Shown piece after piece: positions 36,535 through 43,650 of a DNA stretch of 64,000 bases. Source of the stretch: a virus (Duplodnaviria > Caudoviricetes). Position 1 is the first letter of the stretch. The number at the start of each line of letters is the position of its first letter. The notes under the pieces are model-generated. The model searched no databases. It was not told the DNA's origin and saw only the letters and a program-made list of their open reading frames with translations. Location of the stretch: IMG/VR virus record IMGVR_UViG_3300032225_000840, positions 434 through 64,433 of that record; one strand, 5' to 3'. Position numbers and translations under genes: made by a program.

Positions 36535-37725
36535 TTAATTCTCCACATGAATTGCTGAACCTACGCTTGGCACATCTTTGCAATTACCTACAATGCACCA
36601 CAACACAGGGCTAGTCCAATGTCCACCCCAATCGCCACCTACATAGCCATCAGTTAAGACAATCACACACTCAGGCACAATGTTCTTGTCCTTGAGATAA
36701 GTAGTAATACAGGTCGGGCTTGTGCCACCACCACCTTTAGGTTTAGTAGATGCCTTGAGTCTATCGCCATCACCTACACCATATACCTCATGTCCAACCA
36801 CATCACTACCCCAATACAGTAAGTCCACAACTTCGGGATTGACGTTGTTCATGATCTCTACAACCTCTGAGAGAAACACGTTTACTGCATGGTTATCAAT
36901 AGAACCTGACGTATCTACTGCAACTACTACCCTACCCATGCTCTCGCTGATTGTGCTTGGCATATAGATGTCATGCTGTAACCACCTGCGATTGGGCTTA
37001 CGCCATGTAGAATCATCTTTACCCGATGACACACTCGATACAAACTCACGTAACGCCTCCTTCCAATTAACCTTGGCACTAAGTAAGTCTGTAAAACTTC
37101 TATCTACGTTGCCATTGACCTTACCCGCTAAGATTGCACCCTGACGTATGGCGTTATCAATCTCCTTGGCTAGTTCTTCGGCTTCCTTCTCGGTCATGTC
37201 CTTGGCTTCTTCCCAACCATGTTCATCAAGCCCACCATGCCCCTCGCCTTGCCCACTACCACCTTGCGGGGGAGGGTTTCTCATGAGAGCATCAAAGACT
37301 TCTCGGCTATTCATACCCCGATACTTCTCGTCTAGTAAGCCCCCTTCAGGCACGGCAACAAACCCGTCTGTCGCTTTACCCTCGTCAAAAATCTCAAGGT
37401 TAATCACGTAATCACACGCCATGTTTGCTAACTGAGCATTTATTTTGTGTAAGTCTTGCCACGTCGCTAAGTGCCGATACATCTTGTGCTTGTTCTCATG
37501 CAAGATTAAACCTCTGATCTCAGGCTCAGGTAACTCAGTAATAAACTCACGCCCATAGACTACATCACGACCATTTGTATATGCCGTAGAACATTTGTCA
37601 TCTACATCAACCGAACCGACCATAATCACGCCACTATAAGCAACGAAATTCTTATGCTTCATTAACTGCACGTGGCATCTTTCAATGCGTTGCTCTGCGG
37701 ATATATCATTCATTGTGGTATTCAT
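36535..37725 (-). CDS. HExxH metallopeptidase-like + vWA protein (DUF2201-type)
   Basis: TAYTNG, ILHENKH, NMACDYVIN; MIDAS motif VDTSGSI, GGGT, VLTDGY. Start placed at ATG 37725 behind AGGAGG. Confidence 0.85.
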   Translation of the reverse strand: MNTTMNDISAEQRIERCHVQLMKHKNFVAYSGVIMVGSVDVDDKCSTAYTNGRDVVYGREFITELPEPEIRGLILHENKHKMYRHLATWQDLHKINAQLANMACDYVINLEIFDEGKATDGFVAVPEGGLLDEKYRGMNSREVFDALMRNPPPQGGSGQGEGHGGLDEHGWEEAKDMTEKEAEELAKEIDNAIRQGAILAGKVNGNVDRSFTDLLSAKVNWKEALREFVSSVSSGKDDSTWRKPNRRWLQHDIYMPSTISESMGRVVVAVDTSGSIDNHAVNVFLSEVVEIMNNVNPEVVDLLYWGSDVVGHEVYGVGDGDRLKASTKPKGGGGTSPTCITTYLKDKNIVPECVIVLTDGYVGGDWGGHWTSPVLWCIVGNCKDVPSVGSAIHVEN

Positions 37726-37973
37726 AAACTTCCTCCTATATACATACCAAGTGAAAAGCAACCACCTAACATAATTATTAGAATGGCTATGAGGGTGAGG
37801 GGTGTAAATATAAATCGCTTTACGAGAACCCCGCCTTCATCGACACCAGTTGCTTGTTTTAACCCGTCCATGAATCCTTTTTCATATGCACGGGCGACTG
37901 CCCCCTCTACAAAGTCTTTAACCTTTTCAAGTAAGGCTTGTTCTTCTGTGCCTAGTTCTTCTTTGTTATCCAT
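37722..37973 (-). CDS. Small membrane protein
   Basis: RAYEKGFMDG followed by a hydrophobic C-terminal segment. Confidence 0.6.
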   Translation of the reverse strand: MDNKEELGTEEQALLEKVKDFVEGAVARAYEKGFMDGLKQATGVDEGGVLVKRFIFTPLTLIAILIIMLGGCFSLGMYIGGSL

Positions 37974-37982
37974 ACTTCCTCC

Positions 37983-39083
37983 TTAACTCATGTTAGTAAA
38001 TAGGTAGTTGTTCTTAGTAGCCCAATCAATAAAGCCACGACTTGTGCCTACTGTTGATGCCTTACTTGATACACGCATGACGCTTGTAGCAAACAACGCT
38101 TGTGCTTCCTTGCCTAAGCGATTCATATACTTAATCCACGCATTGACTGATTCTTTATCAACACGTTGAACCGCCGAGTAAACCAACATACATACTGCAC
38201 TTGGACTTTCGGGAACACGAGCCTTCTCAGGGTTTTTAATAATTGTTTCCCAATCCTCTAAGTCATTGGCTAAACGCACCATAGCCATCATGTCATACGT
38301 AGCCCGTCTACCGATTGTGCCGATCAAGGCATGGCTAAGCACATCATCACCTAACGCCTTACATTGGTTAATCAGATCACTTGCCTTCTCCATAGTGCGA
38401 GGTGTTACGACTGCGGGGCGTGGACTACGGGGGTCATTGATATACTCGTTGTCCTTCGGGTCTTTCAAATCCTCGAACGACTGGAACATCTGAGGAAATT
38501 GTTTTGCCGTTAAGATAACTTCGGGTGCTATGTTATAGGGTAAAGCAAACTCCTCAATCCAAGTGTCTGCATTGGGCTTACCTACCTTAACTGTCGTTAT
38601 ACGATTACGTGCATGGGGTGGAACAGAATCCCCGATACCTTCTACTGACAAGTTTGTAGTAGCAAACACAATACTCTTTCTACCATCATTCCCTACGGGT
38701 AGGGAATAGACACCTAACTGCCGTTCAAGCATTAAACGTAAACAGGCGTTCATAACTGCCTTGGGTGCTTTGCCTATCTCGTCTAGCATGATGACAACGG
38801 GCTTGTCCAAATGAAACCCAAACTCCTCATTAGGAATGAAAGAGCAAACTTCTACCCCGTCAATCGTGCGGATTTTAGGAATCATGAAGTCGCCTACATC
38901 TTTTGTGGTCATGTCCACGTAGCAGAAATGATAGTTTTCTTTCCCCAATTTTTCTTGCATGAATTTGAGCATGGATGACTTGCCAATACCCATCTCGCCT
39001 TGTGCTAAGACTGTTACCTTATCACCTACTGCCATGATCAGGTCAGCCGTTTGCCGTAATGTTAATGATTTATATAATTCCAT
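37983..39083 (-). CDS. MoxR-like AAA+ ATPase
   Basis: GEMGIGKS, IMLDEIGK, FATTN (sensor 1), RNR (Arg finger), TPRT. Confidence 0.88.
   Translation of the reverse strand: MELYKSLTLRQTADLIMAVGDKVTVLAQGEMGIGKSSMLKFMQEKLGKENYHFCYVDMTTKDVGDFMIPKIRTIDGVEVCSFIPNEEFGFHLDKPVVIMLDEIGKAPKAVMNACLRLMLERQLGVYSLPVGNDGRKSIVFATTNLSVEGIGDSVPPHARNRITTVKVGKPNADTWIEEFALPYNIAPEVILTAKQFPQMFQSFEDLKDPKDNEYINDPRSPRPAVVTPRTMEKASDLINQCKALGDDVLSHALIGTIGRRATYDMMAMVRLANDLEDWETIIKNPEKARVPESPSAVCMLVYSAVQRVDKESVNAWIKYMNRLGKEAQALFATSVMRVSSKASTVGTSRGFIDWATKNNYLFTNMS
38688..38707. repeat. Palindromic element copy 1 (inside the AAA gene)
   Basis: ATTCCCTAC-GG-GTAGGGAAT. Confidence 0.9.
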
Positions 39084-39108
39084 AATGATTCTCCTTAGTA
39101 GTGGTTAA

Positions 39109-39996
39109 TTAAAATGCAAACTTCGCTAACATCTTATCTACTGCTTCTTTTGTTTCGAGGCGTAAGCCTTCATCTTCACGCAAGTCATCAGTAGTAATAC
39201 CCTTGAGTTGACTCTCCATCTCCTTTCGTAATGCCTCAAGTTTTAGATCACCCGTAATGTTTAAGTGTCTGAGTAAATCGGTTAGTTCATGGGCGTTGTC
39301 CACCATGCTATCGAACAGGCGTTGCTTACCCTTGGTTTCATCTAACTTCTCTGATATATGTTTGAGAGTGGTATAGGTCTTGTCCCAAACATCTTTCATA
39401 GAAGTTTCAATACGATCTTTGAACGCGTTGTTATACCGATCTTTTAACTCAGCCATACCCGCCTCACCAATGTCCACACGAAAATCACCCGACTCAGGCA
39501 CAGGGCTAAAGTAATAGTTAAACGCAAACTTCTCGGCTACCTTTTCTTTAAGTGGGTAGTCATCACGATTAAATAAGCCACCCAAACTGAAAGCGGATTT
39601 AGACACAAGGGTATCGTAGTCCAATAAGAACCCATCAACCGCATCACTAAACATCTTTTCATATTGGGTTAGCCGTGCCTTGTAATCCACGAACAACGTA
39701 GCGGGTAGTAGGCGTGTTCCCGCATCACTCCAAGGGGTAGATTGGGTGTAGTGCCAATTACGAATAGCACCTGCAATCTTGCCGATCTCGGCTAACTTCT
39801 CCGAACCTGCAAGTAGATTCTTGTGGTAATTACCCGCCTTGGTTGTGGTTGACTTGGCTTGGTCTATCTCAGCAGACACCGCCTTATCTAGTTTACGCCC
39901 TGTCCATACTGAGATTGATAAGTCCACCAACATAGCAGATGAACTAATCTTGGAATAGGCATAGTCTTGATCATTCAATAAATTCAGTTGATTCAT
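39109..39996 (-). CDS. DUF3150-like helical protein
   Basis: MLVDLSISVWTGRKLDK, PWSDAGTRLLP, FSPVPESGDFR. Start placed at ATG 39996 behind AAGGAG. Confidence 0.65.
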   Translation of the reverse strand: MNQLNLLNDQDYAYSKISSSAMLVDLSISVWTGRKLDKAVSAEIDQAKSTTTKAGNYHKNLLAGSEKLAEIGKIAGAIRNWHYTQSTPWSDAGTRLLPATLFVDYKARLTQYEKMFSDAVDGFLLDYDTLVSKSAFSLGGLFNRDDYPLKEKVAEKFAFNYYFSPVPESGDFRVDIGEAGMAELKDRYNNAFKDRIETSMKDVWDKTYTTLKHISEKLDETKGKQRLFDSMVDNAHELTDLLRHLNITGDLKLEALRKEMESQLKGITTDDLREDEGLRLETKEAVDKMLAKFAF

Positions 39997-40024
39997 AATG
40001 CTCTCCTTAAAAATAAAAATAGCC

Positions 40025-40047
40025 AATCCCTACGGGTAGGGAATAGC
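40025..40047. repeat. Palindromic element copy 2
   Basis: AATCCCTACGGGTAGGGAATAGC. Confidence 0.9.
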
Positions 40048-40071
40048 ATGGGGTTTAACTACTTATAAATA

Positions 40072-40101
40072 ATTATAACAAACTACGACTACTTGGTCAA
40101 C
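40072..40101 (-). promoter_or_regulatory. sigma70 promoter
   Basis: TTGACC-18 bp-TATAAT with an extended -10 TG. Confidence 0.65.
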
Positions 40102-40298
40102 CATACATACATAACGATAGGCACTACTAAGCCTAACCCTCCATAAAACAAAAACTGTGCTAACTCTGCAAACCACTCGATACCATGACGCCACTCAGGG
40201 GTGTGTCTTTGAATAGCCGTGGCATACTCCGCATCACGATTTGCTTCGCTAAGTGTGCGTGGTAGTGGTCGCAAGTTTTTCTCTAATGATGTTGTCAT
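40089..40298 (-). CDS. Small protein with C-terminal transmembrane segment
   Basis: PRTLSEA motif, hydrophobic C-terminus. Confidence 0.65.
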   Translation of the reverse strand: MTTSLEKNLRPLPRTLSEANRDAEYATAIQRHTPEWRHGIEWFAELAQFLFYGGLGLVVPIVMYVWLTK

Positions 40299-40456
40299 GC
40301 TACTCCCTCCTCGTTTGCTAATACACCTTCGATAAACCCTGTGACAAAAGGCTCAAGTCCATCATCACATGGGTCGTTGTCCATCTCGTTGATATAAAAA
40401 TTCCTAGCGTAAGCATCTAATCGGTTGATGCGTTCTACATTTTCTTTGGTTCTCAT
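40295..40456 (-). CDS. Small acidic protein (53 aa)
   Basis: Not in the ORF track. MRTKENVERINRLDAYARNF...; ATGA-type overlaps at both ends. Confidence 0.55.
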   Translation of the reverse strand: MRTKENVERINRLDAYARNFYINEMDNDPCDDGLEPFVTGFIEGVLANEEGVA

Positions 40457-40659
40457 TTTACTAACCCTCCTTTGTTATTTACTCCAATTAAATCGGCTTG
40501 ATTGGTAACCAGCATATAGTTCGACTTGTGCATAGGCACTACACAGAATAACTTAGCCCTAGCCATAGCCACTTCATCGCCACAATCTAAGCAGACACGA
40601 TAACCAATATCCCACCTTGCTTTAGGGACATTCTCGTTACACTTTTTACACTTCATCAT
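40453..40659 (-). CDS. C4 zinc-finger protein, TraR/DksA-like spacing
   Basis: CKKCNENVPKARWDIGYRVCLDCG. Confidence 0.6.
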   Translation of the reverse strand: MMKCKKCNENVPKARWDIGYRVCLDCGDEVAMARAKLFCVVPMHKSNYMLVTNQADLIGVNNKGGLVK

Positions 40660-40822
40660 ATGACTCCTCTATATCAATAGCCCTATCTTGGTATTGGACT
40701 GATCGCAAAAATAAGTCAGCATCTTCCCTTGTATAAAAGATGCCAAGCACATCTTCAACACCATACAAGTCAACGCTAATCACTTTATACTTCTTCTCCA
40801 CTACAATTTGCAAGTTACTCAT
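40646..40822 (-). CDS. Small hypothetical protein (58 aa)
   Basis: AAGGAG RBS; MSNLQIVVEKKYKVISVDLYGVEDVLGIFYTREDAD. Confidence 0.55.
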   Translation of the reverse strand: MSNLQIVVEKKYKVISVDLYGVEDVLGIFYTREDADLFLRSVQYQDRAIDIEESYDEV

Positions 40823-40919
40823 ACTGATCTCCTTCTTTTGGTTTTGTCTCTAAATCGTGGCAAGTTTCTCGCCTTCCAATTACTTTTTAAGATACTCATA
40901 CTGATCTCCTTTATATTCG

Positions 40920-41072
40920 TTAGTCCCACTCAACATCATCAATAAAACAAGCACCCGCATCCACTTCATTACACATGGATTTACAAGCCTTCCCGATAAC
41001 TTCAACAATTTGGTCTGCCTGTTCACCATCGGCAGGGACACCTTTATATTCAAACACAACGATTACACGCAT
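40920..41072 (-). CDS. Small acidic protein (50 aa)
   Basis: AAGGAG RBS; MRVIVVFEYKGVPADGEQADQIVE. Confidence 0.55.
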   Translation of the reverse strand: MRVIVVFEYKGVPADGEQADQIVEVIGKACKSMCNEVDAGACFIDDVEWD

Positions 41073-41085
41073 TTTCTTCTCCTTG

Positions 41086-41214
41086 TTAGTTAAAAAAACT
41101 AGATACTGCTTTACTTACTGCATAGACTAAAAGCATAGCAACAGCACAAGCCATGCCACCTTCTACTACCCACAACAAATCACTCGTAATTAAATCAATA
41201 GAAAAATTAAACAT
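41086..41214 (-). CDS. Small membrane peptide (42 aa)
   Basis: AAGGAGG RBS; MFNFSIDLITSDLLWVVEGGMACAVAMLLVYAVSK. Confidence 0.55.
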   Translation of the reverse strand: MFNFSIDLITSDLLWVVEGGMACAVAMLLVYAVSKAVSSFFN

Positions 41215-41229
41215 ATCTACCTCCTTTTT

Positions 41230-41682
41230 AAATAAAAGACTTAGGCGGATAGACTCACCTCATAAATGAATCTACCCTGTAAATCTTCTCTCGGCTTTGT
41301 TTTGAAATTATTTGACCTCTGCTAATTTATTGCAGTCCTGTATGGGGTTATGGTCGGGTTGTGCTATATGTAAGTGGCATACAGATCAGGGGTTATTTGG
41401 TAGCATGGCTACACGTTCACGCCTAAGCGATCTCAATACATATGCAACAACGTAGGGATACTGCTCGGATTCGATTGGCTTTATCAGCATTTCGCTGTTA
41501 TCGGGGTTTGTGTGAGTCTTGTTCCTCACGCCTACTAAGCCTTCAGGGTTTCCACCCATCTGCACCTAACGCCTACCCTACACCTAGAGCCTTGTGTCTA
41601 GGCATTTAATCAGATTGTATAAAGAGCATCGGCTATTCCCTACGGGTAGGGATTACAGGTTAAAAACCCATTTACCAGCCAT
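41230..41682 (-). ncRNA. Candidate large structured non-coding RNA or leader (~440 nt)
   Basis: Gene-free on the transcribed strand, starts at a perfect promoter, many nested helices found by hand (see findings). Confidence 0.6.
41631..41656. repeat. Palindromic element copy 3
   Basis: GGCTATTCCCTACGGGTAGGGATTAC. Confidence 0.9.
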
Positions 41683-41688
41683 AACTAC

Positions 41689-41717
41689 ATTATACTCTCT
41701 TATACTACCTGTGTCAA
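41689..41717 (-). promoter_or_regulatory. Consensus sigma70 promoter
   Basis: TTGACA-17 bp-TATAAT, exact match. Confidence 0.9.
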
Positions 41718-41726
41718 GTTGCCTTT

Positions 41727-42041
41727 TTACCCATTACGTAGTTTATGTAACGCCTTGTTATACTGGGAATAGGCTTTGCCCTTCTGCGTATCCTCGTCTA
41801 TGGGGCGTATCAAGTCGTATCCCGTCTTGCCTAACTGCCGACGTTTATAGATTAAGTTGGTATCAATGCCACGATTGCCATACTTTAGTTTTGATAACTC
41901 TGCCCATTCTTTAGCCGTGCGATACTCACCCTCTACCTCGATTAACTCCGATTCTTTTTCGGTGCGTCTATCGATTTTTGTGCGTAGGTATTTTAGAACC
42001 GCCCTTGTCTGTTCGTATGATAGTTTTATGGTCATCTCCAA
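41727..42041 (-). CDS. Putative DNA-binding protein
   Basis: IEVEGEYRTAKEWAE...LIYKRRQLG resembles the DNA-binding tails of phage homing endonucleases. Confidence 0.5.
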   Translation of the reverse strand: MEMTIKLSYEQTRAVLKYLRTKIDRRTEKESELIEVEGEYRTAKEWAELSKLKYGNRGIDTNLIYKRRQLGKTGYDLIRPIDEDTQKGKAYSQYNKALHKLRNG

Positions 42042-42304
42042 GCCTCGTCAAATTCGTCTTCCGATATTTCATTGGGGTTACTCGGTTTGTATTGGCTAGG
42101 CGATATTGTCATGCCACTAGGTGCAATGAGTATCGCTTGGTTGTTTTTTATGTATTCGATTATGAGATCACGCACCACCTGAGATGGGGGTTTAAATTGC
42201 TTTTTTGAGATGGATACTAATTGGTCTGAAATCACTTGTGGAAGGCGGATTGTGAGTGAAGTATCGTTCAGTTTTGTTTTGCTACCTAGTCGTTTTATGC
42301 TCAT
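42032..42304 (-). CDS. Ribbon-helix-helix DNA-binding protein
   Basis: SLTIRLPQVISDQLVSISKKQFKPPSQVVRDLIIEYI (CopG/Arc-like). Start at ATG 42304 or GTG 42316. Confidence 0.75.
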   Translation of the reverse strand: MSIKRLGSKTKLNDTSLTIRLPQVISDQLVSISKKQFKPPSQVVRDLIIEYIKNNQAILIAPSGMTISPSQYKPSNPNEISEDEFDEAWR

Positions 42305-42465
42305 TGTGTAAGACACCTGTATGTTATATGTAAGTCATAGGGTTGCCACTAGCATGACAAGTGTCTGCCTAGTGTATGCTATAAGTATAACGTATGTCTT
42401 ACAAGATTTGTGAAAAACTTTGAATTTTCTTAATTTTTTTGGCTTGGAATGATAGTTTTACTGTT

Positions 42466-42728
42466 AATCACCAAATTCTGTCAATTTCGTTAACTTAGCC
42501 TAAAACCCGCAGAGCCTTATAAACAAAGTAATGCCCACAAATCGGGCTTCTAAGTTAAGTGAAAGGTCTGGCAAAGAAAATCCTGTGTATTACATTTGTC
42601 TTACCTCTCAATATCTCTCTCTACCCCTTTCATTTATATTATAAAAAAAGATATTCGGGCATTGCTTATTCTATAAGGCTCTGCGGGTTTTACCCCCTAG
42701 TTAACGAAGTGTATAAGTTTTGGTGATT
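42466..42728. repeat. Long imperfect inverted repeat with a perfect 21-bp core
   Basis: TAAAACCCGCAGAGCCTTATA (42501-42521) is the exact reverse complement of 42672-42692; the flanks also match. Confidence 0.85.
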
Positions 42729-42847
42729 CGGTCTGCTTATAGAGAGTTTTGGTGATTCGATTATGTTTACAAAATTAACTCGGCATCTGCTTAAACCGAC
42801 TCGGCTACTCGGCATCTGCTTGATGATAGTTATGATAGTTTTTGGAC

Positions 42848-42899
42848 AAAAAAAATACCCGCTAAAAAGCGGGTAATAAAAAACCCCGCCGAAGCGGGG
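42848..42899 (-). terminator. Two tandem intrinsic terminators
   Basis: CCCCGC-TTCG-GCGGGG-T6 followed by TACCCGC-loop-GCGGGTA-T8 on the - strand. Confidence 0.9.
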
Positions 42900-42923
42900 C
42901 TATTCCCTACGGGTAGGGATTAC
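42898..42923. repeat. Palindromic element copy 4
   Basis: Identical 26-mer; overlaps the stop codon of 42920-43498. Confidence 0.9.
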
Positions 42924-43498
42924 TTAATTTTCTTAGCCTTGGTCAATACGTTGCGAATATCGATAACAGTATCGGCGGTAAGGGTTTTCTTAAAACTAGG
43001 ATGGTTGTAGGCTTTCAAGAGTAGATCAAGGATGCCTACCTCTTTACGTTGGTTTCCTTTGGCGGTCTTAGCCTTACCCGTTGTAGGCTTGGTTGACCCT
43101 TCAGGGCGGAACTTACTAATAGCCTTCCCGCCGTTGACTACCTTCACGAATAACTCATAGTAGTTTTGCTTGGTCTTGGGTGCAAGACTACCAAGGCTAT
43201 CAATAAAGGCGGATTTTACAAGGGCGGTAGTCTTACACTTGGTGCGACCATCTGCCAATTTTACCCCGCCTTTATTTAGGGCTAAGGCGTTATGATTAAA
43301 TACCTCTAATGCTTTCCCTGCTGACTCAGTAAACCCTAGGCATTCAACGTAGGCTTTACCCGCCCCGCTTACTAACCCCAATATCTCAGGCTGAGTAAGG
43401 CTAGGCTTAGCGGATACTACTTTGACCTTCCCGCCCTGTGAACCTGTAAGGGTCTTAGCAACTTGGGCTATTGCATTGGTTTTGTTTGCTGTTTTCAT
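42920..43498 (-). CDS. Lys-rich first early protein, unknown function
   Basis: Has its own consensus promoter, AAAGGA RBS and double terminator. Confidence 0.8.
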   Translation of the reverse strand: MKTANKTNAIAQVAKTLTGSQGGKVKVVSAKPSLTQPEILGLVSGAGKAYVECLGFTESAGKALEVFNHNALALNKGGVKLADGRTKCKTTALVKSAFIDSLGSLAPKTKQNYYELFVKVVNGGKAISKFRPEGSTKPTTGKAKTAKGNQRKEVGILDLLLKAYNHPSFKKTLTADTVIDIRNVLTKAKKIK

Positions 43499-43559
43499 AA
43501 TCGTAATTCCTTTATAAGTTAATTAAAAAATAGTAAGTAAACATTACCTACTAATAACC

Positions 43560-43588
43560 ATTATACGCCCATATAACCCTACTGTCAA
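43560..43588 (-). promoter_or_regulatory. Consensus sigma70 promoter
   Basis: TTGACA-17 bp-TATAAT, exact match. Confidence 0.9.
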
Positions 43589-43624
43589 ATGGGGTTTTAT
43601 ACCCTTTATATACAAGGCTTTTAA

Positions 43625-43650
43625 GGCTATTCCCTACGGGTAGGGATTAC
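43625..43650. repeat. Palindromic element copy 5
   Basis: Identical 26-mer, upstream of the 43560-43588 promoter. Confidence 0.9.

Noticed and set aside
40816-40910. 17-bp direct repeat CTCATACTGATCTCCTT flanking a 26-codon ORF
   Set aside because: It is simply a duplicated RBS plus start (AAGGAGATCAGTATGAG). It is real but most likely a small local duplication rather than a system.
41230-41682. Known RNA classes (tmRNA, RNase P, group I/II intron, hammerhead, tRNA)
   Set aside because: Their hallmark motifs (tRNA-like ends with CCA, GAGGAAAGUCC, P7 core, domain V, CUGAnGA plus GAAA) were not found by eye. An Rfam search is still needed.
41594-42208. + strand ORFs 41594-41914, 41857-42099 and 41978-42208
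   Set aside because: They are antisense to better-supported - strand genes and the promoter, have no RBS and show no protein-like pattern.
42718-42840. Mini CRISPR or TIGR-like array
   Set aside because: Only two pairs of different short repeats, with no constant repeat-spacer alternation. The Cas4-like nuclease is 15 kb away in the replication module, where such nucleases are routine in phages.
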